Positions 40,343-52,732 of a stretch of DNA of 64,000 bases are shown here, piece after piece. The stretch spans positions 3,286,001 to 3,350,000 of the forward strand of contig JBHGNT010000015.1 of the NCBI GenBank assembly GCA_043228905.1. Direction: 5' to 3'. Source of the stretch: Azolla caroliniana (lineage: Eukaryota; Plantae; Polypodiophyta). The translations under genes were made by a program, and so were the position numbers. Numbering within the stretch: position 1 is the stretch's first letter; every line of letters begins with the position of its first letter. The notes under the pieces are model-generated. The model saw only the letters and a program-made list of their open reading frames with translations. It was not told the DNA's origin and searched no databases.

Positions 40343-40394
<52 letters not shown>

Positions 40395-43300
40395 CCCAGA
40401 TGGATGTAGCTCAGTTGGTAAGGTTGCCCAATGGAGACCAGGTGGTCATGGGTTCAACCCCTACACTCCACAGTGGCATCTAGTGAATTAAGAGTATATG
40501 AAGTATGTTGAGAGACAAGCTCAACATCGGCCGGATCGGCTGAAGAAGCCGAGGACCGGATCGGTTGGGACCGATCGGTTAGGCCGAATGCGTAAACCGG
40601 TACGCAGACCGGTGCGTAGGTAGGGCCGGATCGGTGCGTAAACCGGGAGGCCGTTAGGAAAGATATTCCGTGAGGAATATATTTGGGAGTTAGTGTAGGA
40701 GCTCTTAATGAGCATTGAAGTACTTCGGTCAGTCCTTCTAGGACTTGTATAAAAGTGTTCATTGAACACACATATGTATAGAGTGTGGTGAATAGAGATT
40801 GAGTACCTTTTTTGAATATAGTTCTTGTTTTTTCTCTATCTCTCTCACTCTCTCTGTCTCTCCCACGTATACTGCGTAAGCTCAAGCTCTCCATTAAACC
40901 TGAGTTTTCTTCCTTCTGTTCGGTCTTCATACTTGCTTCCGCACGTTACTTTTTACATGGTATCAGAGCGCGAGGGTTGAGAACCTCTCTGCAGCCAACA
41001 CAGCTTGACGAAGAAGAACAAGAAGAACGATGGATAGAGGCATGGCGAGCTCGCTTCCAACAGAGAAGCTCGACATAACCAACTACGCGTCTTGGTCCTA
41101 CAAGATGCACCAGTACCTGCTCGGGCACGACTATTGGAGTTATGTCGAAGGAGCTAATGACGCGGCACCCGAATTGACACACAAAGACTTCCCGTCGTGG
41201 GAGCAATCGGCGAGCAGGGTATTATACTGCTTCGCGTCGTGTGTGGGCGAACAACTATTTAGCTATGTTCGGGATGCAAAGACGCCGAAGGGTGCGTGGG
41301 AAAATCTGAAGAAGATTTTCGCCACGAGCACCACAGCCAGGAAGCTTCAGCTCCGATAGGAGTTGAGCAACCTACGACAACGCGACTTGTCGGTGGCTGA
41401 CTATACCTCAAAGATCAAGGATATTTGCGACTCCCTCACCTCCATAGAGGTGAACATCGAGGAGAGCGAGATGGTCCTGATCTGTCTCGGAGGTTTGGCG
41501 TCGAAGTTCGGAGCGTTCCAAACAGCTGTGTGTACCCGGGAGAATACGCCGTCCTTTTTCGACTTACAGTCAATGCTCCTGGTAGAGGAGAACCACGCGG
41601 GTGCGTCTACAAGCACGCACACCGACAGTAGAATGTTGTACACGGAGGGAGACAGGCCCCGTGGACGTGGAGGACGAGGCGACTCAGCGCGCAATGGAGG
41701 CGGCCGACGAGATCAAGGAAGAAGGCACCGAACTGATGCCGACAGCAACTCCAGACCCTCTGGAAACAGGGGGAGTCGAAGCGATGAGAACTGGCAAGGG
41801 AAGGCCATCGCGGAGTGTTGGTACTGTGGCAAGAAAGGCCACAGGGAAAGTGAGTGCTGGAAGAAGCGCGCCGATTCGGAGAGAACCGGTTCCGGAAACG
41901 GCTCCGGACATACCGACAAGGGAAATCGGTAGCGATCGCACTACGCCGAAGACTCCGGGAGAGCCGGAGGAGGGTCTGCCTTCGTGACGAGACACGAAGC
42001 AAACTCAATGAAACGGACCACCCCGAGATCGGACGAGATGTGGTACGTAGACTCCGGCGTGTCAAACCACATGACGAGCCATAAGGAGTGGTTCTCGTAC
42101 CTTGAAAAACCGATACAACCTGGAGTAGTCACAACTGGAGACGACACTCCGCATCCGATCGCGAATGTTGGAGAAGTCCCCCTTAGCCATGTCAGGCAGA
42201 AAGGGAAACTCATGAACATGCTGCACGTTCCGACAATCACGAAGAACTTGGTCTCGGTCGGATAGATTGTCGACCAAGGGATGGAGGTTCAGTTTACACA
42301 CCTCGGGTGCTTCATTGAGGAAGAAGGCCGTGTGATTGCGCAAGGGCGCAGAGACGGGAGGATGTTCATCCTCGATTCCACTGACGGCGGCACTGCAATG
42401 TTCGCGAAGGGACAAAAATCCGAGTCGGACATCGACTTGTGGCACAAGCTGATAGGCCACGTCAACTACCAGCGGCTTCAAGATCTGCAATAGAAACAAA
42501 TAGTGTTCGGATTGCCCAAATTTAGTGGCCGAAAGGCACAAATTTGTGAAGCCTGCCAGTTCGGGAAGCAACACCGACTTCCTTTCCCAAACGAGCGAAA
42601 CTGGAGCCGGAACAAGCTCGACCTTATACACTCCGATGTATGGGGGCCGGCACAAAACGTTAGTCTTGGCGGGAGCCGATATTTCGTGTCCTTCATCGAC
42701 GACCACACGTGGCACACGTGGATCTACCTCATTGAGAGGAAGAGTGAAGTCTTCGACTATTTCCGGAACCTCAAAGGGTTCGTGGAAACGGAAACGGGAC
42801 GAAGGATCAAGTGCCCGCGGTCGAATGGCGGGAAAGAGTATTTTTCTGGTCAATTCAACAGATATCTACAACAAATGGGAATTCGGCATGAATTCAGTTG
42901 TAGATACACGCCGGAGCAGAACGGCGTAGCCGAGAGGAAGAATCGGTCAGTTGTGGAAGCGGCACGGGCAATGTTGGAGGAGAAGAGCTTGCCCAAGTTC
43001 TACTGGGCCGAGGCGGTAAGGACCGCGGTATACATCCAGAACTGGATCGGAGACAAAGTGTCGGCGCACGAGCTATATTTCGGAACGAAGCCGAACTTGC
43101 GACACTTGAGGGTGTTCGGTAGCATTGCGTATATGCATGTACCGAAGGAGAAAAGGAGGAAGCTGGACGCAAAGGCCGAGAAATGCATCTTGGTCGGTTA
43201 CTCGGACGAGCAGAAGGGTTATAAGTGTTATAACCCTTGCACCAAACAAGCGCGTGTCAGCCGCGACATTGTGTTTGATGAGTCCGCGTCCTGGTACCAG

Positions 43301-44816
43301 CCCCCGACTCCGAACCCCGACTCTAATCCGAGCTCTGACGATGAGGTCAGAGAGGCCGAGATGCCTTTGGATGAGCCCGAAATCGAGACCCGCGAAGAGA
43401 GTCTGATTTCACTCCATTTAAGTGGACCGATTGGACGACTGAGTCGGTACGATCAGTTCGATGAAGAGATGGCGAGTAGTGGAGACTCGGCCGTGCATTC
43501 CCCGCGCAGGAAGCCGAGGAGACGGCTTACGCGCAAAGAGAAAGGGAAGAAGAAGGTGTTGGATTCCGGCACAGATAGGAGCGAGTCCGACTCTGAGGGA
43601 ACCGGTGACGGGTCTTTAAAGGTGAAGTCCGCGTCGATCGAGAAGGCCTCGACATCGGCTAATGTGAGATTACGCCGATCTACCTGCCAGAAGAACCCTG
43701 TTTTGCGGTTCGGATACAACGAGTACATGGCGCATCATTATGCGTACATGACCCGTGTAGCAGAAGTGCGTGAGCCGGAGAGCTACGCAGAAGTGGCTCA
43801 AGACGCGAATTGGTGTGCCGCGATGGAGGAAGAGATGCATGCATTGGCGGAGAACGAGACCTGGGACCTGGTTGACACACCAACAGGGGTAAAACCGATC
43901 GGGTGTAGGTGGGTGTACAAGGTCAAGTACAACACCGATGGCTCGGTCAACCGGTACAAGGCTCGGCTAGTGGCAAAGGGCTACGCGCAGAAACACGACA
44001 TTGACTACGATGAGACATTTGCGTCGGTCGCGAAAATGATGATCGTCCGTGTTTTGCTCGCAGTAGCTGCGGTGAAGGGGTGGCACTTACATCAGATGGA
44101 TTTAAAGAATGCATTCCTGCAAGGTGACCTTGAAGAATAGGTGTACATGGTACAACCCCCCAGATTTTGTTGGGATTTCGGTCCCTCCGGATGGGATGTC
44201 CGGAGATGAATGACGGCAACTCCGGTTACGGTTACGGTCCCGGCTAGGGAGCCGGATGATGAAGATCCCGGCTACGGAGCCGGATGATGAAGACCCCGGC
44301 TACGGAGCCGGATGATGAATGTACCCTGAGCGAGATCCGGATGCGGGGACATATTTGTGAATATGTTTACCAAGGGCCCTTGAGGCTGTATTTGTAAATA
44401 GCCCGAAAGTCATATGCGTATAAATATGACTTAGGGCAAACAGTTTTATGTTGTTGCTCATTTTTGTTTTCAGCCGAGAGAGCGAAGTGAGAGCAGTCGA
44501 GAGAGAAAGAGAGAGAAAGGAAGAGGTCGACGCCTCTGTGTATTACCGCCGCCTGTGGCGAAGACAGTGAGCTCAAGGTTGTTGTCTTGTAGCTTCACCA
44601 TTGTACATCTCTGTGTATAGTGATCGTTGGAGTTTGAGGACTCCCGTGGTTTTTTCCCATTTAGGGTTTTCCACGTAAAACACCCTGTGTACTCTTCTCT
44701 CTATTGTCTTCGTGCACTTTGTATTTCCCGTTTTCTGTGTGTGTTGATCCTATTCCTCGGTTGTGGCCGAGCACTGTTTTTCAACAAATTGGTATCAGAG
44801 CACGGTAACACAGAAA

Positions 44817-47267
44817 ATGGAAGGCGGCGGTAGTGGGCCTCCGGGCATGATGGTGTTAAACTCACAGAACTATGCCGACTGGAAGATAAAGATGGAAGAC
44901 CTTCTCATTGTTCGAGACCTGTATGAACCGATCGACAATGCCGAGATACCCAAGGGGGTAATAGAGTCGGAGTGGAAGCTCCTGAACCGGAAAGCCGTAG
45001 CGACGATCCGGCAATATGTCGATGTAAGCGTTCTACAACATGTGGTGAATGACACCAACGCATATGAGATGTGGAAGAAGCTGTCGGGCCTCTACGAGAG
45101 GAAGAATGCGTTGAACCGGACCTCCCTGATGAGGAAGATAGTGAACCTCAAGTACCGGGACGGCGAGAATATGGTGGAACACGTGAGCACGTTCATGGGA
45201 TTCGTGAACCAGCTTGCGGCGATCAAGTTCCCGTTGGAGGATGCAATGCAAGCCATCATTCTGATGTGTACATTGCCGGAAAGCTGGGAGAACTTGGTGG
45301 TGACTCTCAGCACCTCCTGCACCGAAGATAACTTGTCTCTACAAACGGTAAAGACAAGCATTTTGAACGAAGAAGCGCGTCGGAGAGATAAAGAACCGGT
45401 TTCCGATCCGAAGATGCTGCTTACCGAATCGGATCGGGGAAGACAATGGAACCGGAGTCCGCAAAGACGGGAGAAGTCGGGGACCCGGTCGCAGTCAAGA
45501 GGAAGGCCCACATGCTTCCACTGTGGGAAGCCGGGGCACTTCCGGAAGAATTGTCGGCATTACCGAAAGGATAACGGAGCCGACGACACCGATTCGAAGA
45601 AGTCACCGGAGAGAAACGGTGCATACCGGGGAGCCACGGACCGGAGAGGTCCGGATCGGCGAGGGCAGGACCGGAAAGGAACGACGGCACTCGCGGCAAG
45701 TGAAGAAGAGATAATGCTCATTACCGAAGAGAGGGAGTTGAACCTTGCCGGTGTAGAGATGACCTGGGTGGTCGATTCCGGAGCGTCGTTCCACCTGACC
45801 CCGGAGAAGAAATACTTCTCATCCTACACAGCCGGTGAGCACGGCTGTGTCCGGATGGGAAATGAAGGCACATGCCGGATTGCCGGCATAGGAGACGTGT
45901 GGTTGATGACATCAACCGGATGCAAGATGCTGCTGAAGGATGTTCGACACGTTCCGGAGGTCCGATTGAACCTGATCTCGGCCGGGAGGCTAGATGATGA
46001 AGGCTACACGGGTAGCATCCGGAACGGTGTCATGAAGTTCAGCAAAGGGAGCCTGATAGTGGCTCGGGCCCGGAAGGTCAATACACTGTACCTGATGAAT
46101 TCCCGGCTATGTCCGGAGGAGCTGAACGTGGCAGCCGACACTGCCGGTGAGCTGTGGCACAAAAGACTGTGCCACATGAGTGAGAAGGGGATGAAGAGGC
46201 TTGCCGATGACAACCTGATACCGGTAAAGCACGTACACCTGGGGAAGTGTACCGACTGTCTGGCCGGTAAGCAAAACCGGACCTCCTTCCACTCAAGGCC
46301 ACCGACGAGACGTAGCGCACCATTGGAGTTGGTACACACTGATGTGTGTCAAGTAGAAGCGAAGTCACATGGCGGAGCTCAGTACTTCGTAACATTCATA
46401 GATGACCATAGCCGGAAGCTGTGGACGGCACCGTTGAAGACAAAGGACCAAGTATTGTCCGTCTTCAAAGAACTCCACGCGAGAGTGGAAAGAGAATCCG
46501 GCAAGAAGCTGAAAGCGATACGAGCGGATAACGGAGGGGAATACCGGGGGCAGTTCGCAGAGTACTGTCGCTCTAAGGGAATCCGGCTCGAGTTTACTGT
46601 GCCGAAGACGCCGGAACTGAACGGGCTGGCCGAGAGGATGAACCGGACCATAATGGAGAGGGTCCGGAGTATGCTAGCACATGCGAAATTACCCAAGGGA
46701 TTTTGGGCTGAGGCAATGTCGACGGCGACGTATGTGATAAATAAATCACCCTCAGTACCTTTGGACGGAGACACGCCGCAGAAAGTGTGGACCGGTAAGG
46801 AAGTGTCCTACCGGCATCTAAAGGTGTTCGGGTGTCTCGCATACGTGCATGTGGCAAAGGACCGGAGAGGAAAGTTAGATCCAAAGACCCGGCCATGCAT
46901 ATTCCTCGGTTACGGCGACGACGAGTTCGGCTACCGAGTATGGGACCCGGTCGACAAGAAGATATTCAGGAGTCGTGATATCCTCTTCATGGAGGAAAAG
47001 ACACTCGCCGACTGGGAGTCGGAGAAGAAGATGAAGAGCTCCAAGTCAACCGGTGAGGATCAACTCTACGAAGAGCAGTCCCGACCGGCAAGGGACCGGT
47101 TAGCACTCGAGGATCCGGCCGAAGACGGTGAAGAAACAGAACCGGCCGAGGAAGATGAAACTGATACCGGAACCGGCCCCGATCCCGAAATGGATTCGGA
47201 TGAAGAGGAAACGGAGGAGCCAGTTACCGAAGCTCCGGAACGGAGATATCCTCTAAGAGAGAGAAGG
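44817..47267 (+). CDS. Copia B gag-protease-integrase (open frame, truncated by Copia C)
   Basis: ORF 44763-47312 with CFHCGKPGHFRKNC, WVVDSGASFH, WHKRLCH..CTDC and IRADNGGEY. Confidence 0.85.
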
Positions 47268-50200
47268 TGTTGGAGACAAAGTCGTCTTTGCGGAAGATCA
47301 AGTAGCATTTGATTGTGTTCTGAATACCTGCGTATGACAGTTTGTAGGTCGTTGCACAGAGAGAGAGAGAGGGAGAGAGACAGAGAGGCACAAAGAGACT
47401 CCTTATTCCATAAAGCAATAATACAACACCCAACCTTACAAAAAGGTTACAAGGTCACTATATATAGTGACCGACTTAGGGCAACTACCCTTTATGCTAA
47501 TTACATAAATGGCCAAAACGGGATAGTGTGAATATGTCCATTATACACATGTATTCGACACTCCCCCGTAATGGGCGTATACATGGGTTATCTAAGATTA
47601 CAGGTATAGACTTAGGTTCTTGGACATATCAGCTTTGTTCGAGTCGGCAGGGTCCGAAGGCAGAAGACCGAACTGGTCGGGTCGGAACAGTTGAAGCCGA
47701 TCATTAAGGAACTGATGTCGGTTGTCGGGAACCATCCTGCTCTGTGTCCGGCTCTAACCGGACTGGTTTGTCGTTACGCCCATCTGATGCCGAAGAGACC
47801 GAAAACGGTCTGCCGAAAGACACTTGGTCATTCCATCTGCGACATTGTCGGTTGTGGATATTTTCTCTAGACCGATTTTCCCTGAAATGACGCAGTCCCG
47901 AACGAAGTGATATCGAACGTCGATATGTTTGGAGGCGTTGTGGTGAACCGGATTTTTCGACAAGGCAACAGCACCTTGACTGTCGCTGTAGACAACTGGA
48001 GCCGAGTCATGGTCGACTTGTCGAAACGTGTGCGCCAGCCGACCGAGCCACAAAGCTTCTTTTGCTGCGTCGGACGCAGCTACATATTCTGCTTCGGTCG
48101 TTGAGGTCGCTGTGCACTCCTGAAGTTTCGACTTCCACGAGATTGCTCCATTGCCGAATTTGAAGCAGTATCCGGTTGTTGATTTCCGACTGTCTATACA
48201 GCCGGCGAAGTCCGAGTCGGTGTAACCGACTACGCCTGAGGTTCGGTTCGGACCGAAAAGAATGCCATGGTCTTTTGTGCCAGCCAGATATCTGAACACA
48301 TGCTTGACTGCGTTCCAATGCGATCGGCCAGGATTGTGCATAAATCTGCTAACGACTCCTACGGCATGAGAAATATCAGGCCGTGTCGCGACCATCAGGT
48401 ACATAAGGGAGCCGACTGCCGGTGCATACGGTACCAACTTCATATCTTCCCCCTCCGGGCCGGATGTCGGGCAGTCTCGCTGAGAGAGCCGAAGATTCAT
48501 TGGGAGCGGGGTTGAAGCAGATTTGGCTGATTGCATGTTGAAGCGTTCCAAGACACGTCCGATATAGTCGGTCTGAGACAAAAAAAGATGTCGTTTGTCG
48601 CGATGCCGACTAATCTTCATGCCGAGTATGTGTCGTGCCGGACCGAGGTCCTTCATGGCAAACTTCAACCGCAGTTGCCGAATGAGATCGGCAAGTTCGC
48701 CCGCGTGGCGTCCAGAAATTAGCATGTCGTCCACGTAAATGATGAGGAAGATGGGTGATCCATCTTGAGCTGTGTTGGTGAAGAGACAATGGTCCTCATC
48801 GCTTTTGGAGAAGCCGATCGATTGGATGAAGTCGTCGAACTTCTTGTACCATTGTCGCGGTGCCTGTTTGAGGCCGTATAGACTCTTCCTGAGTCGGCAG
48901 ACTAGATGTTCTTGGCCAGTTGCCACAAAGCCTTTTGGCTGCTCCATATAAATTTCCTCGTCAAGATCACCATGGAGGAAGGCTGTTTTGACATCTAGCT
49001 GAATTAGCTCCAAGTTGTCGGCTGCCACTACGCCGAGTAGAAAACGGAGGGTTGTCATTTTCACCACTGGTGAAAAAATCTCGTCGAAGTCGACGCCATA
49101 TTCTTGTCGGAAGCCCTTCGCAACTAATCTGGCCTTGTACTTTGGGGTGGTCGAATCAGACGTCTCTTTTAGTCGATAAACCCACTTGCAAGGAAGAGCA
49201 CGTCGGTTCCTAGGTAATTCGACCAGATCCCAAGTCTTGTTTGCCCGAATGGAGTGCATTTCCGACTCCATCGCCAGATGCCAGGTGGCTGAATCGACAG
49301 ATGTCGATGCTTCTTCGTAAGACGTCGGTTCGCCGGCGTCGGTGAAGAAAATTCCAGGAGAATACCTCTCCGGAGGTTGCGACAGTCTCTCGGATCGTCG
49401 AGGTATGATTGGACTGGTCGCATCGGGTATCGAGGTCGGATGGTCCGAAAGCGGATTGTTCTGCTGTGCCGAGTCGGGGTCGTCCGAGTCGGTAGTGTAA
49501 GGTTCAGCTACCCGTGAAGCTGACCGTGTGTTGAGAGCGGGGCCTTCTTGAAGGGTCGGCACATCGGAAAATGTTACCCTTCGGACTTCGATCGGTTTTT
49601 CGACTGATGGATTCATAGCCGACTCGTTGAACACAACGTCCGAACTTCGAACGATTTGTCTGCGTTCGGGGTCCCAGAGTCGGTATCCCATTTCGCCGTC
49701 GGATCCATATCCAAGGAAAATGCATTTCCTGGACCGAGGTGCAAGTTTTCGGCGATCATCTTTCGGAATAAGGGCGTACGCCTCGCATCCGAAGATCCTC
49801 AGCTTGTCGTAATTCGGCTTACTGCCGATCCATAGTTCTTGAGGAATTTGAAGTCCTAGAGGTCTACTTGGCGACATATTGATTATGTGTACTGCCGTGA
49901 GTAGAGCCTCTGCCCAGAAGCCATCCGACAGTCCGGAGTGTTGGAGCATGGAAACTGTCCGTTCTTGGATTGTCCGATTCATGCGTTCGGCAATCCCGTT
50001 TTGCTCCGGACTGTGTGGTGCCGTAAATTCACGTCGGATGCCGCGTTGTCGGCAGAATTTGACGAATTCTTCGGATTTAAACTCTCCCCCATTGTCTGTC
50101 CGAAAGCATTTCAGCTTTCGGTCGGTTTGATTTTCTACCATAGCGAGCCAATCGGTGAAGATCGAGAAGACCCGATCTTTGGTGCGAATTGGATAAGCCC

Positions 50201-52732
50201 ACACCTTTCGAGTTGAATCGTCAATAAAAGTGACGAAGTAAGAGGCACCGCCGAGAGACTGATGCGGCATTGGGCCACAGACGTCCGAGTGGACCAAATC
50301 AAGAGGTCTCGTTTCTCTTGGTGCTGATGTCGGGTGTGATGCGGCTGCTTGTTTGCCATACTGGCAATGCTCGCAGAATTGATGGTCCGAGAAGGAGAGT
50401 TTGGGGATGTATCCGGCTCTAGATAGATGCGTGATGCCGGCCTTGCTGAGGTGTCCTAATCTTCGGTGCCATAGTGATGACACAGGAATATCCACCAAAA
50501 ACAGGTTACCCTCTCTGAGCGTAACATGTAACGGATACAGGGAGTGTATCTTGGGTCCTCTAGCAAGCAGGAGGTTCCCCCTGTGGAGTGTCCACCCTCC
50601 CGAAGAAAAACCGGCACGAATGCCGTCTTCATCTAGTTGTCCGACTGAGATCAATGGCCTTGAGAGCTCGGGTACATGTCGGACATTGTGGAGTACAAGT
50701 GTAGAGCCACCTGCAAGGTTGAGCTCTACTGTGCCGATTCCGATGATGTCACAGTGTTGTGAGTTGCCGACTCGAACTGAGTCGGAGTGACGGATCGTAT
50801 ATTGCCGAAATTGGGATCGATGAGGAGTCACGTGAAATGACGCGCCCGAATCTAAGAGCCATGTGCTCGATTCTTCAGTCGTGAGTAGAACTTCTGATCC
50901 GACTGGATTTTCGATTGATAGTATATTCGGGTCGTCCGGTAGTACATCCGCTGAGAAGCTGACGTAATTGATCTCCTCATGCCGGCCACTCTTCTTGTTG
51001 TTCTTGTTCTTGAGTGCGCGGCAGTCGGCTTTGATGTGTCCGGGTTTCTTGCAATAGTTGCAGATTCGGTTATCCCGTGATTGGCTCCGTCTTCGCTGAT
51101 TGTTCGGCGGCCGTGAGGAATCTCTTCCTCGTATGTTCGATCGGTCTGTCGAACCTTGTACTACGTAAGCGTCGTCTGTTGAGTCTTTGGCGAAAGACTT
51201 TCTCCGAGCTGCTTCGGTCAGGATTGCGCTCGTGACTTCGGAGTATTTAACAGCCGTGGTTGACGCGTTGCACACGGTTGTGACGAAAGTTTCCCATGAT
51301 GAGGGAAGGCTGCTCATGAGTATCATTGCTCTGAGTTCATCCTCGATTGCCGTCCCCTGTGACGAGATTTGGGAGCTTATGCTTTCGTACTCATTGAGGT
51401 GTGCTTGGACCGAATCGGATTCTTTCATCCGCAAGTTGTAGAGGCGCCGGATCAGAAACATCTTCGTTGCGGCGACCTTCTTTTCGTAAGTGTCCGACAG
51501 TGTTTTCCACAGTTCGAATGCTGTCGTACACGATTGCACCGTAAAGTATACCGATTCCGATAGGTGCATCCGAATCGTGGCGCGGACGATTCTGTCCAGC
51601 TTCTGCCACTCAATTGGTTTGTATCCTTCTGGAGGTTCTTCATTTTCGATGGGGTCGATTTGCCCCTTGACTATGAGATAGTCCTGCATTTGTTCCTTCC
51701 AGAAGTTGAAGTTCGATCCATCGAACTTTCGTAGACTCATTTCTGACGAGCCGGATGTTGACGCCATCAAATTTGGTTTCGGTTGACGAAGCTCGGTTCG
51801 GAGTTGACTACGAACCTTGTTGGAGTGCAGCCGGTTGGCTCACCCGATATCGTTCTAGTCGGATTTGAACCCGAGTCGGTTCGGCTTCGGAACTTGCTCG
51901 AATTGACTCCGGTAGCTTGAGGGACAGAACCGACTGGTCTTCCCGAATGTTGCCGAGTCGGAGTGAGCCCGGTTCGTTTCGGATATATATGCCGAATACC
52001 GATTATTGAAACCGATTATCTGGACCGATTCGGCTTCGGGTGACTGCAGCGACGAGAGAGATGGATCCAACTGATCCTCTCGAATGTCGATCAGCCGGAT
52101 GAAGCACGAATTGGGGTTGTTGTCTTGAGACCGATCTGCACCGAGTGGTTACAATGAGCGACGAGCAACGTTTGATGACCTCTTCGGATGCCGTTTAACC
52201 GAATGGAGCACGATCGTGTCAAAGTTGCACAAGGGGATTTCACCTCGAGCGGTTACGATCACAAGGAACGGAGTACAACCTGCTGGCTTACTCCAAGCAA
52301 AGATGATCTAACGCGATGAGATGCAGGCCTCGTTTTTCTTCTTCTTCTCTCTTCTTCGAATGACGCAGGAAACCGAATGCTGAGACGACGGCCGACAGCG
52401 GATTGAAGGACCGACTACTGTGCAGGCTCTGATACCAGATGTTGGAGACAAAGTCGTCTTTGCGGAAGATCAAGTAGCATTTGATTGTGTTCTGAATACC
52501 TGCGTATGACAGTTTGTAGGTCGTTGCACAGAGAGAGAGAGAGGGAGAGAGACAGAGAGGCACAAAGAGACTCCTTATTCCATAAAGCAATAATACAACA
52601 CCCAACCTTACAAAAAGGTTACAAGGTCACTATATATAGTGACCGACTTAGGGCAACTACCCTTTATGCTAATTACATAAATGGCCAAAACGGGATAGTG
52701 TGAATACGTCCATTATACACATGTATTCGACA
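47268..52732 (-). mobile_element. Copia C: intact, very young LTR retrotransposon
   Basis: 293-bp LTRs 47268-47560 and 52440-52732 (one difference seen, AATATG/AATACG), PBS 52426-52437, PPT 47561-47567. No TSD. Confidence 0.96.
47754..51770 (-). CDS. Copia C complete gag-pol polyprotein, 1338 aa
   Basis: Uninterrupted ORF with CNYCKKPGHIKADC, WLLDSGASFH, HHCC plus DDE integrase, RT IIYVDDMLI and RNase H GYTDSDFAG..ADGMTK. Confidence 0.96.
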   Translation of the reverse strand: MMASTSGSSEMSLRKFDGSNFNFWKEQMQDYLIVKGQIDPIENEEPPEGYKPIEWQKLDRIVRATIRMHLSESVYFTVQSCTTAFELWKTLSDTYEKKVAATKMFLIRRLYNLRMKESDSVQAHLNEYESISSQISSQGTAIEDELRAMILMSSLPSSWETFVTTVCNASTTAVKYSEVTSAILTEAARRKSFAKDSTDDAYVVQGSTDRSNIRGRDSSRPPNNQRRRSQSRDNRICNYCKKPGHIKADCRALKNKNNKKSGRHEEINYVSFSADVLPDDPNILSIENPVGSEVLLTTEESSTWLLDSGASFHVTPHRSQFRQYTIRHSDSVRVGNSQHCDIIGIGTVELNLAGGSTLVLHNVRHVPELSRPLISVGQLDEDGIRAGFSSGGWTLHRGNLLLARGPKIHSLYPLHVTLREGNLFLVDIPVSSLWHRRLGHLSKAGITHLSRAGYIPKLSFSDHQFCEHCQYGKQAAASHPTSAPRETRPLDLVHSDVCGPMPHQSLGGASYFVTFIDDSTRKVWAYPIRTKDRVFSIFTDWLAMVENQTDRKLKCFRTDNGGEFKSEEFVKFCRQRGIRREFTAPHSPEQNGIAERMNRTIQERTVSMLQHSGLSDGFWAEALLTAVHIINMSPSRPLGLQIPQELWIGSKPNYDKLRIFGCEAYALIPKDDRRKLAPRSRKCIFLGYGSDGEMGYRLWDPERRQIVRSSDVVFNESAMNPSVEKPIEVRRVTFSDVPTLQEGPALNTRSASRVAEPYTTDSDDPDSAQQNNPLSDHPTSIPDATSPIIPRRSERLSQPPERYSPGIFFTDAGEPTSYEEASTSVDSATWHLAMESEMHSIRANKTWDLVELPRNRRALPCKWVYRLKETSDSTTPKYKARLVAKGFRQEYGVDFDEIFSPVVKMTTLRFLLGVVAADNLELIQLDVKTAFLHGDLDEEIYMEQPKGFVATGQEHLVCRLRKSLYGLKQAPRQWYKKFDDFIQSIGFSKSDEDHCLFTNTAQDGSPIFLIIYVDDMLISGRHAGELADLIRQLRLKFAMKDLGPARHILGMKISRHRDKRHLFLSQTDYIGRVLERFNMQSAKSASTPLPMNLRLSQRDCPTSGPEGEDMKLVPYAPAVGSLMYLMVATRPDISHAVGVVSRFMHNPGRSHWNAVKHVFRYLAGTKDHGILFGPNRTSGVVGYTDSDFAGCIDSRKSTTGYCFKFGNGAISWKSKLQECTATSTTEAEYVAASDAAKEALWLGRLAHTFRQVDHDSAPVVYSDSQGAVALSKNPVHHNASKHIDVRYHFVRDCVISGKIGLEKISTTDNVADGMTKCLSADRFRSLRHQMGVTTNQSG

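Larger units (their letters stand above)
32003..40393 (-). mobile_element. Gypsy B: Tcn1/Tf1-sushi-like chromovirus, decayed; 3' LTR 32003-35572 (split by LINEs), 5' LTR 40262-40393 (truncated at a (GA)n tract)
   Basis: TGTCA...TGACA LTR ends and PPT ~35574-35585. PEG10/sushi-like gag (from ~40107; CLYCGGPGYIAVNC), LLDSGA protease, RT 37432-38370, RNase H, integrase, and chromodomain EYEVVAIL..YLVDWLGY..RTWEP (~35670-35790). Confidence 0.9.

Noticed and set aside
40394-40470. Possible functional tRNA gene
   Set aside because: It has A/B boxes but no proper cloverleaf and continues into a body shared with the 31688-31890 copy, so it is a SINE.
42062-42853. 263-aa - strand ORF and other ORFs overlapping Copia pol
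   Set aside because: Shadow frames opposite the polyprotein.
44239-44320. CRISPR-like direct repeats (also 52741-52822 and the 58140-59420 array)
   Set aside because: Tandem repeats without unique spacers, inside an LTR or intron of a eukaryotic locus, with no cas genes.
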